A DNA stretch of 64,000 bases from an uncultured bacterium (lineage in GTDB: Bacteria; Acidobacteriota; HRBIN11; JAKEFK01). The notes below the pieces were generated by a model. The model had not been told where the DNA came from. It was given only the letters and a program-made list of their open reading frames with translations, and ran no database searches. Location of the stretch: assembly GCA_963843285.1 (NCBI GenBank), contig CAWJJO010000012.1, forward strand, positions 60,864-124,863, read 5' to 3'. Numbering within the stretch: the stretch's first letter is position 1; every line of letters begins with the position of its first letter. The position numbers were made by a program, and so were the translations under genes. Shown here one piece after another: positions 1-9,740 of the stretch.

Positions 1-1030
1 TGTTGGCAGTGCTGGTTTTTCCCAGAAACAGTTGAAGCGGAAGATGCAGTCGCTCTCCCCAGGATTTTTCATCATGCAGGGCCAGGGGGAAGACTACGTG
101 AAGAAAATCTCGCCCCTGGACGCATCCTCGCTGGCTGAACGCCATAGCCATGGCGAGCGTCGGCTCATAGTTGTCCCCAGGCCAACCGCTGTCCAGGTAA
201 AACTTCGATTTCGGCAGCGGTTCGGTGAGCACGCGATCGATCAGATCATCCTGATACGAAAATGTACTGGACATGCAGAATCCGACTCCAAAAACTTCCG
301 GGTATTGCCAGGCCATGTAAAAGGAGACGACTCCGCCGAGAGAAGATCCCATCACTCCGGTCTCTCTAGGACTGTCCAGCAGGCGAAGCCGCTTTCTGGC
401 CACAGGAATGATTTCTTCTACAAGAGAAAGTCCGTATTTTTCATACCCAGGCTTGGTGTAATCAACAAAGCGATCGTGGGACCAGATACCAACGACGATC
501 ACGCGATCGATTGCGGTCATGGAATTCAGCTGAGCGAGTGAATCATCTACACCCCAGTCGCTCCCGAGAAAAGCTTCCTCGGGAAAAAACAGATTCTTTC
601 CATCCTGCATATACAGAATCGGATAATATTGCAGCGTATTCTCGAGATATCCCGGCGGCACGTAAACCCGCAGTATATGTTTTCTGCCAAGGATTTTGGA
701 ATCGAACTCCAATACATCCGTAAATGAACCGGATTCCGGTGAGTGGAAGAAGGGGTACACATCGTTTGTGCCCTGATGAGTCATCAGAGCCAGCAAGTTC
801 GGCCCGACGCACCACTCGAGCTTGTCCCCAGTTCTCAACCCTGGCTTGAAATACAGGAACGGCTTCTTGCATTCCAGAGTGAAAACAGCGGTCTGCCCTT
901 TGTCCAGGACCGATTCAGGCTCTAGATCCTTATCCCAATCCAGTTCTGTGCGTAGAACGATTCTGCTTCCTTCCGGTGCAGGATAGCGTACTCGTAATTG
1001 TCTGCGAAGCAAAGTTTCAGTTTTATACAT
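1..1030 (-). CDS. Putative esterase (esterase D / enterochelin-esterase-like alpha/beta hydrolase); 3' end cut by the window edge
   Basis: Absent from the ORF track because it has no stop inside the window. Reverse-strand translation from the ATG at 1030-1028 stays open to base 2 (343 codons): MYKTETLLRRQLRVRYPAPEG...ILRVYVPPGY...YPILYMQDGKNLF...GVMGSSLGGVVSFYMAW (GxSxG nucleophile elbow)...FPLALHDEKSWGERL. The + strand ORF 32..541 is its antisense shadow. Confidence 0.75.
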   Translation of the reverse strand, partial: MYKTETLLRRQLRVRYPAPEGSRIVLRTELDWDKDLEPESVLDKGQTAVFTLECKKPFLYFKPGLRTGDKLEWCVGPNLLALMTHQGTNDVYPFFHSPESGSFTDVLEFDSKILGRKHILRVYVPPGYLENTLQYYPILYMQDGKNLFFPEEAFLGSDWGVDDSLAQLNSMTAIDRVIVVGIWSHDRFVDYTKPGYEKYGLSLVEEIIPVARKRLRLLDSPRETGVMGSSLGGVVSFYMAWQYPEVFGVGFCMSSTFSYQDDLIDRVLTEPLPKSKFYLDSGWPGDNYEPTLAMAMAFSQRGCVQGRDFLHVVFPLALHDEKSWGERLHLPLQLFLGKTSTAN

Positions 1031-1064
1031 AATGCCTCCATCGTGCATCCCAGTTCGCCTCTGT

Positions 1065-1128
1065 GATGAAGGGAGAGGTTAGGGGAGGGTTGAATTCCCA
1101 ACCCCCTCTCCGTCTCCCCCTTCATAAG
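1065..1128. repeat. Palindromic G/C-tract hairpin element (CCCCTTCATAAGGGG family), copy 1
   Basis: Inverted arms GATGAAGGGAGAGGTTAGGGGAGGGTTG / CAACCCCCTCTCCGTCTCCCCCTTCATAAG between the ansB stop and the esterase start. Related units occur at 11796-11891 and 14291-14350. Confidence 0.7.
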
Positions 1129-1162
1129 AGAGAGAAATCCGCTGTGCCAGTCTTTCCCGCAA

Positions 1163-2227
1163 CTAATAACGATCGAAGTAATCCTGGATCTTCTTTGCGT
1201 CTGTTGTTTTCAATAACGCCAGTTGCAGAAGCGCGCGCGCCTTGGGTGGATTGAGCTCCATGGAGGCGACTGTTCCGATCTTGTCGTCATCGACTTCGAT
1301 ATTCCTTCGGATGATGCCGCCGTTTGTACGGGAAGATCGCACCACTACGACACCCTTTGCGATCGCGCGTTTCACAGCATCCATAGCAGGCGCCGTCATG
1401 TTTCCGTCGCCTACTCCAGCGATTACTAATCCTTTTGCGCCTTTTTCAACTGCCGAGTCGATCAAGTCCGGTGACATGTTTGCGTGCGCATAAATGATGT
1501 CTACACGCGGTAGAGGTTTGCCGGTAACAATCGCCAGTTCGCTATTTTTCGTATGCACCTGCGCAGGAGTGCGATACCAGATTGTTTTGCCAAAGAGAAC
1601 CGCGCCCACGAGTCCGGCCTCGCTTGAGCTGAATGTTGCCACATCCGTTGTATGCCCTTTGACTACGTCATGGGCAGAGTGGATGTCATCATCAATGGCC
1701 ACGAGCACACCACGCCCGCGCGCTGTCGGATCGGCTGCAATCGCCACCGCGTTATAAATGTTCAGCGGACCGTCCGCGCTCATCGCTGTGGATGGTCGCA
1801 TGGAACCGGTCATCACCACAGGCTTATCGCTCTTGATTACAAGCTGTAGAAAGTACGATGTTTCCTCCAGCGTGTCGGTTCCATGAGTGATCGCCACGCC
1901 ATCCACATCCGGAGACGCCAGAAGCTCATTGACGCGATTTGCGAGCTTGATCCACACTTCGTCATTCATGTCCTGACTACCGATGCTTGCGACCTGTTCG
2001 CCTTTCACATCTGCAACATCCTTCAGCTGTGGCACAGCCTGAATCAGTATGTCTACGCCGACAGCGCCGGACTGATATCCGGCTTCCGTTGCGGACGCAG
2101 CCGAACCCGCAATCGTTCCGCCTGTTGCAACAATCACAATTCTTGGTTTCTTGGCTCCCTGAGCATACGAAGCGCATGCGAACAGGGCAACGAGACTAAT
2201 GACACTGATGATTTTGAATGTTTTCAT
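1163..2227 (-). CDS. ansB: L-asparaginase type II (periplasmic)
   Basis: 354 aa. Signal peptide MKTFKIISVISLVALFACASYAQG, then the asparaginase signatures IVIVATGGTIAG and ITHGTDTLEETSYFL. SD AGGAG lies upstream of the ATG. Confidence 0.9.
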   Translation of the reverse strand: MKTFKIISVISLVALFACASYAQGAKKPRIVIVATGGTIAGSAASATEAGYQSGAVGVDILIQAVPQLKDVADVKGEQVASIGSQDMNDEVWIKLANRVNELLASPDVDGVAITHGTDTLEETSYFLQLVIKSDKPVVMTGSMRPSTAMSADGPLNIYNAVAIAADPTARGRGVLVAIDDDIHSAHDVVKGHTTDVATFSSSEAGLVGAVLFGKTIWYRTPAQVHTKNSELAIVTGKPLPRVDIIYAHANMSPDLIDSAVEKGAKGLVIAGVGDGNMTAPAMDAVKRAIAKGVVVVRSSRTNGGIIRRNIEVDDDKIGTVASMELNPPKARALLQLALLKTTDAKKIQDYFDRY

Positions 2228-2244
2228 AAGTATCTCCTATCAAT

Positions 2245-3720
2245 TCACTTTTTTTCATACTGCTTGGGATCCAGTCCGGTCAGCTTCACAGGATCCAGCA
2301 AGTCACGGATCTGATCTTCGGTCAGGATCTTTTTTTCACGTATGATCTGCAGAATTCCCTTCCCTGAGGAATAAGCTTCTTTCGCCAGTTCGGTTGCCTT
2401 TTCGTAACCAATGACCGGATTCAAGGCCGTGACAATACCGACGGTCTTTTCCATGTACTCTTCCAGCACTTTTTCATTGACCGTGATTCCATCCACGCAG
2501 AGCGTACGGAAAGTTCTCGATGTGGTGTACAGCAAGTGCTGCGATTCCATGATGTTCAGGGCCTCCAGCGGTTCGTACGCATTCAACTGAAGCTGTCCGC
2601 TATGAGCCGCAAGGTTGACGCCGTAGTCGTTGCCCATCACACGGAATGCAACGAGGTTCACGAGCTCCGGAATTACAGGATTGACCTTTCCCGGCATGAT
2701 GGAAGATCCCGGTTGCATCGCGGGTAGTTTGATCTCATTGAGTCCGGCGCGAGGTCCGGAACCGAGCAGGATCAAATCCCCTGCAATTTTGGAAAGCTTC
2801 ACCGCCACGCTTCGAAGGGCTGACGAATAAACCACAAATCCCTGTTGCTCCCATGTAGCTGCAATCATGTCTTTTGCGGGAACAATGGGCTTACCGGTCA
2901 ACTGCGCCAGGTGGGCGGCGCACTTCTCCGAGTAGCCTTTCGGAACATTCAGACCGGTGCCGATTGCGGTCGCGCCCATGTTGACTGCGTACAAATATTT
3001 TTCCGAATCACGCAGCAGCGCGATTTCGCTTTCCAGCGACGCGGCAAACGCATGGAATTCCTGTCCTACCGTCATGGGGACGGCATCCTGCATTTCCGTG
3101 CGCCCCATTTTTACGATCCGCAGGAACGCGTCTCCTTTCACACGAAACGATGCCGCAAGCCTTTCCAGCTCCTCTATCAGCTTGTCGTTGCGCAACAGAA
3201 AAGCGACTTTCAACGCGGTCGGGTAGGAATCGTTGGTCGACTGCGACATGTTCAGATCATCATGCGGCTCCACGATCTCGTATTCGCCTTTCTTGTGGCC
3301 ACTCATCTCCAGCGCAACGTTGGCAAGAACTTCGTTGGCGTTCATGTTGGTGGAAGTGCCGGCGCCGCCCTGGTAGAAGTCCACCTGAAACTGATCGTGA
3401 TACTTTCCCTTCAGGACCGCATCGCACGCTTTCTCAATTGCATCCAGCTTGATCTGATTCAGAGCGCCCACATCATGGTTCGCGCGCGCCGCGGCGAGTT
3501 TCACGATCGCCCATGCTTCCACGAAGCCCGGATAATGATTGATGGCAACGCCGGAGATCTGAAAATTTTCAAGAGCCCGCGCCGTCTGGACTCCGTAGTA
3601 CGCCTCCGCCGGAACCTGCTTTTCTCCAAGAAGGTCCTTTTCTACGCGGAATTGTTCCTCCGCATACGCGAAACCTGTGATCGATAATATGAGTATGAAT
3701 AGAATAGTTATACATTTCAT
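2245..3720 (-). CDS. aspA: Aspartate ammonia-lyase (aspartase) with an N-terminal signal-peptide-like extension
   Basis: 491 aa. RVEKDLLGEKQVPAEAYYGVQTARALENF matches the aspartase/fumarase class II N-terminus, and GSSIMPGKVNPV is the lyase signature. It is preceded by MKCITILFILILSITGFAYA. A strong SD (AAGGAGG) sits just upstream of the ATG, 10 nt after the dcuA stop. Confidence 0.9.
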   Translation of the reverse strand: MKCITILFILILSITGFAYAEEQFRVEKDLLGEKQVPAEAYYGVQTARALENFQISGVAINHYPGFVEAWAIVKLAAARANHDVGALNQIKLDAIEKACDAVLKGKYHDQFQVDFYQGGAGTSTNMNANEVLANVALEMSGHKKGEYEIVEPHDDLNMSQSTNDSYPTALKVAFLLRNDKLIEELERLAASFRVKGDAFLRIVKMGRTEMQDAVPMTVGQEFHAFAASLESEIALLRDSEKYLYAVNMGATAIGTGLNVPKGYSEKCAAHLAQLTGKPIVPAKDMIAATWEQQGFVVYSSALRSVAVKLSKIAGDLILLGSGPRAGLNEIKLPAMQPGSSIMPGKVNPVIPELVNLVAFRVMGNDYGVNLAAHSGQLQLNAYEPLEALNIMESQHLLYTTSRTFRTLCVDGITVNEKVLEEYMEKTVGIVTALNPVIGYEKATELAKEAYSSGKGILQIIREKKILTEDQIRDLLDPVKLTGLDPKQYEKK

Positions 3721-3730
3721 AGAACCTCCT

Positions 3731-5080
3731 TCATTTCAAAAACAGTGAGCTCAAAAACAGAGCAGCGCCCGTAGATACGATCGTCGTCACAATTCCCGGG
3801 ATCATGAAACTGTGGTTGAGCAGATACTTTCCGATCCGTGTCGTCCCAGTTTGATCAAAAGAAACGGCGGCCAGGATCGTGCCGTATGTGGGCAGGAAGA
3901 AAAGGCCATTCACAGCGGGATAGGCCCCGATCATCTCCTTCGCTCCCAGTCCAAGAGTGATCCCCACCGGCGCAAGGATCGCAATCGTAGCCGCCGGGCT
4001 GAACAGCAGGATCGATAACGTGAACAAGCCTGCAGCAAAAATCCATGGATGTGATTGAATTGTGGACGAAATGCCTTGCACAATTGCGCTCTGATTTGCT
4101 TCAAAAAACGACGATCCCAGCCAGGAAACTCCCAGGATCGAAATCAGTGCCACCAGCCCTCCTTTCATCATGCTTCCCTTCACCGCGGCTTCGGGACTCG
4201 CTTTGAAAAGAACCATCATGACTCCTGCCGCAGAAAGCATCAGAATCATGATTGCTCTGCCCATCTCCACCTGACCGGTCTCTGTAACACCCTCAGTAAC
4301 TTTTTCATACAGAGGACGCAGCCCGGGAAAGATTCCGATCGCCACAACCGAAAGAATGGCGATCACAAAGACAATGCAGGAGCCAATCGCCCGCGTGCGG
4401 GCCTGACCTTCCAGCGGAGCAGCTTGCTCGACCGACTTTACTTTTCCTTCTTCCAGGCGTTTCAAGTATTCCGGATCCTGGTCAAGCTCTTTTCCTTTCC
4501 ACCAAACGGATATGATTCCCGCTGCGACACCAAGGATCGTTGATGGAATGATCACCATCAGAATCTGAGTCAAACCGACATTCTTTGCCGCCAGCACACC
4601 AGACAGCGCCACAGTAACGGCAGAGACGGGGGAAGCAATGACGCCCTGGAGCGATGCTATGACACTGATCGACATCGGGCGCTCCGGGCGGATTCCCGCG
4701 CGGCGGGACACTTCGGCGATGACCGGCAGTAATGCGTAAATCACATGTTGAGTACCGGCCGCAAACACAAGGATGTATGTAACCAGAGGTCCGAGAAACG
4801 TAATCTGGCGCGGCTTTCGTCGCAGAATCTTTTCCGCAGTTTGAACCAGAAAATCAAGACCACCTGCGGCTTGCATCACGGAGAGTGCCGTAATGACCGC
4901 AATGATCATTCCCAGTACCGTACCGGGTGGGGATCCCGGCGGAAGCTGGAACACGAAAACAAAAACCATCAAACCGAAACCCGCAATTGTTCCAAGGCCA
5001 ATGCCCCCGATGCGCGCGCCAATCACAATGCATGCTAAAAACAGTATCAGTTCAATCCAAAACACATTCTCTCCATGCAA
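3731..5080 (-). CDS. dcuA: Anaerobic C4-dicarboxylate transporter, Dcu family
   Basis: 449 aa polytopic membrane protein. The N-terminus (ELILFLACIVIGARIGGIGLG...VMQAAGGLDFLV) resembles DcuA/DcuB. The dcuA-aspA arrangement is classic. Confidence 0.85.
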   Translation of the reverse strand: MHGENVFWIELILFLACIVIGARIGGIGLGTIAGFGLMVFVFVFQLPPGSPPGTVLGMIIAVITALSVMQAAGGLDFLVQTAEKILRRKPRQITFLGPLVTYILVFAAGTQHVIYALLPVIAEVSRRAGIRPERPMSISVIASLQGVIASPVSAVTVALSGVLAAKNVGLTQILMVIIPSTILGVAAGIISVWWKGKELDQDPEYLKRLEEGKVKSVEQAAPLEGQARTRAIGSCIVFVIAILSVVAIGIFPGLRPLYEKVTEGVTETGQVEMGRAIMILMLSAAGVMMVLFKASPEAAVKGSMMKGGLVALISILGVSWLGSSFFEANQSAIVQGISSTIQSHPWIFAAGLFTLSILLFSPAATIAILAPVGITLGLGAKEMIGAYPAVNGLFFLPTYGTILAAVSFDQTGTTRIGKYLLNHSFMIPGIVTTIVSTGAALFLSSLFLK

Positions 5081-5124
5081 TGCAGCTTCAGTGCAAACTC
5101 AGTGCCAAGCGATGCAGCATTGTG

Positions 5125-5198
5125 GTAGGGGCGGGGCTTGTCCCCGCCCGCTTGAGAGGCGCAAATCTTGAGTGGGCGACCACAAGGGTCGCCCCTAC
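5125..5198. repeat. GC-rich nested-hairpin (REP-like) element
   Basis: GTAGGGG-[GCGGGGcttgtCCCCGC]-...-[GGGCGACCacaaGGTCGCCC]-CCTAC: two internal hairpins enclosed by outer complementary arms GTAGGGG/CCCCTAC. It lies in the dcuA / RND-operon divergent intergenic region. Confidence 0.65.
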
Positions 5199-5236
5199 AG
5201 ATTACTCTGATACAAAGTCCGGTATGTCGTAGCAGC

Positions 5237-5252
5237 CTCCGGTATTGCGGAG
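5237..5252. promoter_or_regulatory. 16-bp inverted-repeat motif CTCCGGTATTGCGGAG (candidate operator or UTR hairpin), copy 1
   Basis: Matches 15 of 16 positions of CTCCGGTATTACGGAG at 43954-43969. Both copies lie in divergent promoter regions, 120-150 nt upstream of a + strand gene. Confidence 0.3.
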
Positions 5253-5398
5253 ATGGACGGTCATGAAGCGGAGGATTCGATTCCTTAATTTCTTTTTGAT
5301 TCTGTACATACCGGCGCTTCGGGGTTATCCTTAGTTCACCGAGAGACTGGCACATGCTTTGCTTAAACGATTTGGGAAGAATCTATCCGAGGTTAAAT

Positions 5399-6559
5399 AT
5401 GAAAGACTTTTTTCAGCAAACTTCGTTAGCGGTCATTTGCACTTTATTTGTTTTCGCATGCAAGAAGGAAGAAGCGCCTCCTCCGCCGCCTCCACCACAG
5501 GTGAAGGTCTCAGTTGTCTTGCAGAAATCGGTACCCATCTATGTGGAGAACGTTGGTGAAACCGTTGGCGCCTCGGACGTGGAGATTCGGGCACGCGTCG
5601 AAGGATTCCTGGAAACAGTCAATTTCGAGGAAGGCTCGTTTGTGAAGAAAGGACAGCTCCTGTACACGATCGATCCGCAGCCGCTTCGCGCCGCTCTGGC
5701 TGAGTCCCAGGGCCGCCTGGCAGAAGCACAAGCAAACCTGGCGAAGACACAGCAGGATGTGGCTCGTTACAAACCACTGGTAGAACAGAATGCAATTTCC
5801 AAAGAGGAGTACGATACAGCAGTTTCTGCCCAACAGGCGGCATCTGCTTCCGTGGACGCGGCTCAAGCGTCGGAAAAGGATGCGGAAATCAACCTCGGAT
5901 ATACGAAAGTTTACTCACCAATTGAAGGCCTGGTTGGAAAAACACAAGTGAAACCCGGCAACCTCGTTGGCCGTGGGGAGAATACCTTGCTTACGGTAAT
6001 ATCCAACATTGACTCGATTCACGTCCGTTCCAACGTCAGTGAACGGGACTACCTTCGACTTGCTCGCGCCAGAGGCGCAAATCCCCAAAAACGTTCCGAT
6101 AACTTTGAGCTTGTTCTTGCGGATGGTTCGGTGCACAACCATAAAGGAAGTCTTGTATTCGCAGATCGCGCGATCGATCCCAAAACAGGAACACTGGGAA
6201 TCGAAGCGGCATTCCCAAATCCGGAACATATTGTGCGGCCCGGTCAATACGGTCGCATTCGCGTAGTTATCGATCAAAAGGAGAACGCAATCCTCGTTCC
6301 CCAAACCGCTGTGCAGGAGTTGCAAGGCACTTACAGCGTCGCAGTGGTTGGCGCGGACAACAAAGTGACGTTGCGTACGGTTCAAGCCGGCGAACGCATC
6401 GGCAATTTATGGTTGATCGATTCCGGGTTGAATGCAGGGGAAAAAGTCGTTGTGGAAGGGCTTCAGAAGGTTCGGGATGGTGTGACTGTGAACCCTACGG
6501 TAGTTCCGATCCAGGAAGAGAGCACGTCTCCAACTGCTTCCACGGCGTCGGCGACATAG
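5399..6559 (+). CDS. RND efflux membrane fusion (periplasmic adaptor) lipoprotein
   Basis: Track ORF 5354..6559; the probable start is the in-frame ATG at 5399 (MKDFFQQTSLAVICTLFVFAC, lipobox-like VFAC). Coiled-coil hairpin and beta-barrel regions are typical of AcrA/MexA-type adaptors. It is followed directly by the RND pump. Confidence 0.85.
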   Translation: MKDFFQQTSLAVICTLFVFACKKEEAPPPPPPPQVKVSVVLQKSVPIYVENVGETVGASDVEIRARVEGFLETVNFEEGSFVKKGQLLYTIDPQPLRAALAESQGRLAEAQANLAKTQQDVARYKPLVEQNAISKEEYDTAVSAQQAASASVDAAQASEKDAEINLGYTKVYSPIEGLVGKTQVKPGNLVGRGENTLLTVISNIDSIHVRSNVSERDYLRLARARGANPQKRSDNFELVLADGSVHNHKGSLVFADRAIDPKTGTLGIEAAFPNPEHIVRPGQYGRIRVVIDQKENAILVPQTAVQELQGTYSVAVVGADNKVTLRTVQAGERIGNLWLIDSGLNAGEKVVVEGLQKVRDGVTVNPTVVPIQEESTSPTASTASAT

Positions 6560-6569
6560 GAGGAAGAAT

Positions 6570-9500
6570 ATGTCTGAATTTTTTATCCGTCGTCCCATTG
6601 TCGCCATCGTGATCTCCATCGTCATTGTGATTATGGGAGCCTTCACACTGAAGGGTCTCAGCTTCGAAATGTACCCGTTTCTGGCGCCGCCCATGATTCG
6701 TGTAACTGCCAACTATGTAGGCGCTTCTGCCGTTGCGGTGGAACAATCGGTGGCTACTCCGATTGAACAGGAAGTCAACGGTGTAGAAGGAATGATCTAC
6801 ATGAAGTCCTCCAATACCAGTGATGGACGTATGCAGCTGGACGTCAACTTTGAAGTTGGAACGAATCAGGACACTGCAAACGTCCTGACACAAAACCGCG
6901 TTTCGGCAGCGCAGGCGCGTCTGCCTCAGGAAGTGATTGCCCAGGGCGTTACTGTGAAGAAGCAGAGCCCCAGTATTTTGATGATCATTTCCGTAAATTC
7001 ACCGAAAGGGACTTATGACGGCCAATTCCTGATCAACTATTGCAGCATCAACTTGCGCGATCAGCTTCTTCGTATTCCCGGGATCGCCCAGGTGGATCTT
7101 TTCGGAGGAACCGATTACGGAATGCGCATTTGGCTTTATCCCGATAAGCTTGCCAATTTTGACTTGACTCCCGCAGATGTGATTTCTTCCATCAAAGAAC
7201 AGAACCTGCAGGCGCCGGGCGGCCGTGTCGGGGCGGCGCCCTCCCCGAAGGATCAGGCATTCACCTATACCGTCAGCGCGCCCGGACGTCTGGTGAATCC
7301 GGAGGAATTCGGCAACATTATCATCCGTGAATCGGCAGGCGGAGCTCAGGTCCGGATTAAAGATGTTGGGAAGAGTCGAGCTCGGGTCGCAGGACTACAA
7401 CTCATTTCGGAAGACTCAACGGAAAGCCGGCAGGCTCCATGGCCGTTTATTTGTTGCCGGGAGCCAATCAGTTGAAGGCTTCCGAAGCAATCTATGAAAC
7501 GATGCATCGGGCGAAGGGATTGTTCCCGCCCGATATGGACTACGAGATTGTTTACGATACGACTCCAGCTGTGGAAGCCTCGATTCATGAGATCAAAAAG
7601 ACGTTCGTAGAAGCGATCATCTTGGTTACTCTGGTTGTTTTCATATTTCTACAAAATTTTCGAGCAACCTTTATTCCTCTTCTTACGGTCCCTGTTTCTT
7701 TGATCGGGACCTTCATCTTTTTCCCGACGCTTGGATTCTCGGTAAATACGCTGTCCATGTTCGGTCTGGTACTCGCCATTGGAATTGTCGTTGACGATGC
7801 CATTGTCGTGGTGGAAGCGGTCATGCACCACATAGAACATGGCATGAATCCGAAAGAAGCCACGCAGCAGGCGATGAAGGAAGTGACGGCGCCGGTCATC
7901 GGAATTGCATTGATTCTGTGTGCTGTGTTCGTTCCGGTCGCATTTTTGGGCGGCTTGACCGGACGTATGTATCAGCAGTTTGCATTAACCATTGCGATCT
8001 CCGTGCTCCTGTCAGCTTTTAATGCCCTGTCGTTGTCTCCTGCTCTTGCCGCGATGCTGCTGAAACCCGCGAAGCACGGCCCGGCAAGAGGACCGCTGGG
8101 GAAATTCTTTGCGCTCTTCAATCGCGCGTTTGATAAGACGACAACCGGATACGTGAGCATATCAAAATTGCTTGTGCGCAAATCGATTCTAACCATCTTG
8201 ATTGTTGGTGTTGTTGTTTTCTTTGTGGTATTCCTGGGAAAGCAATTACCGGCCGGGTTCATACCTGAGGAAGATCAAGGACTGGTGGGTGTCAACGTAC
8301 AACTTCCTCCCGCCGCTTCCCTGGAACGGACGGGCGCCGTGCTTGCACAGGTCGAGGAAATTCTAGGCAAAACAGAAGCCGTTGAAGCGTTCACGACGAT
8401 CGGCGGTTTTGGTGTGGTAACCAGCACATATCAACCCAATTTCGGTACGATCTTTGCACGATTGAAACCCTGGGAAGAACGCCAGACGGAAGAATTGAAA
8501 ATCAAAGGAATTATGGCGACGCTCCAGCGGCAGTTCTCCCAGATTCCCGAAGCAATTATCTTTCCTTTTAACATACCGACAATTTCCGGTTTCGGAGCTT
8601 CGTCAGGATTCAATTTTCTGCTGCAGGACCGGAGTGGATCTCTGAGTGTTGCAGACCTTGGCGATCAAACGAGGATATTCCTGGAGGAAGCACGCAAACG
8701 GCCCGAACTGGGAAACCTTTTCACATCGTTCGATCCTCGCTATCCGCAAGTCAAAGTAGATCTGGATCGTGAAAAGGCGCGCAAACTTGGAGTCCCGGTA
8801 AATGATGTTTTCCAGGCGATGTCCGCAGTACTAGGCGGCTCTTACGTGAATGATTTTAACCGTTTCGGCCGCCTTTATCGTGTGTACGTTCAAGCCGATT
8901 CGGACTATCGTCGTAAGCCTGAAAACATAGGCGATATCTATGTCCGAAGCAATACCACAGGAGATATGATCCCGCTATCCACCATGATGAAAGTAACTAC
9001 AGAGCCGGGAACGGAAATTACGACGCGCTTCAACCTCTTCCGTTCCGTGGAAATCAATGGTGTTTCCGGCCGCGGATTCACTTCCGGACAGTCTCTTGCG
9101 GCGCTGGAAGATGTCTTCCACAAAACGATGCCCAAGGAAATGGGGTTTGCTTACAACCAGTTGTCTTATCAGGAAAAGGTGGCGCCATCCGCGACTCCAA
9201 CATTTGTTCTTGCAATCGTCTTCGTTTTTCTGCTGCTCGCAGCTCTTTATGAGAGCTGGAAACTGCCGTGGGCCGTTTTGCTTGGTTCACCGCTGGTCGC
9301 GCTGGGAGCATTTTTCGGATGCTGGATCTCGGGCTATGACAACAATGTGTACGTGCAGATCGGCTTGATCATGCTGATCGGTCTCGCGGCAAAGAATGCA
9401 ATCTTGATTGTTGAGTTTGCGAAAGCCAAGCATGAAGAGGGTATGTCCGTCCAGGATGCTGCGCTGGAATCCGCGCGACTCAGATTCCGTCCGATTCTTA

Positions 9501-9739
9501 TGACTGCCTTTGCATTCATCATGGGAGTTATTCCATTGATGCTTGCGAGCGGTTCCGGATCCGGCGCGCAAAACGTAATGGGTACAGCCGTATTCTGGGG
9601 AATGTTGATTGCAACCTTCCTCGGTGTTTTCCTGATTCCAGGAAACTTCGCGTTTATGGAGGGATTAGGAAAGCGAAAGCAAAAGCCAGAACCCGCAGCC
9701 GAGCCTCCTACAGTCACCATCGCGCAGGGAGAACACTGA
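6570..9739 (+). CDS. RND multidrug efflux transporter (AcrB/MexB family), interrupted by two +1 frameshifts
   Basis: Track ORFs 6570..7475 (301 aa) and 7439..9739 (766 aa) together give about 1055 aa, the AcrB size. Reading through shows ...IKDVG(K) [extra a ~7371-7374] VELGSQDYNSF [extra c ~7408] GRLNGKPAGSMAVYLLPGANQ. Confidence 0.9.
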
Positions 9740-9740
9740 T

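Noticed and set aside
2845-3687. Long antisense ORFs opposite real genes. Examples: 2845..3687 in aspA, 17553..18146 in fba, 28439..29236 in pgm, 39926..40792 in glgX, 41535..42197 in xfp, 47686..48300 and 48456..49217, and 32..541 opposite the esterase.
   Set aside because: Each lies entirely inside a gene whose opposite-strand product has strong family signatures. Their translations are low-complexity, Arg/Ser/Pro-rich and motif-free, as expected for shadow ORFs.
7340-7480. Programmed +1 ribosomal frameshifting or recoding as the explanation for the frame breaks.
   Set aside because: The sites share no slippery or stall motif (AAG-A-GUC, UUU-C-GGA, AUU-A-GAA, GCU-AUU-G-CUG). They occur in unrelated genes and sometimes in clusters of several within a few hundred nt.
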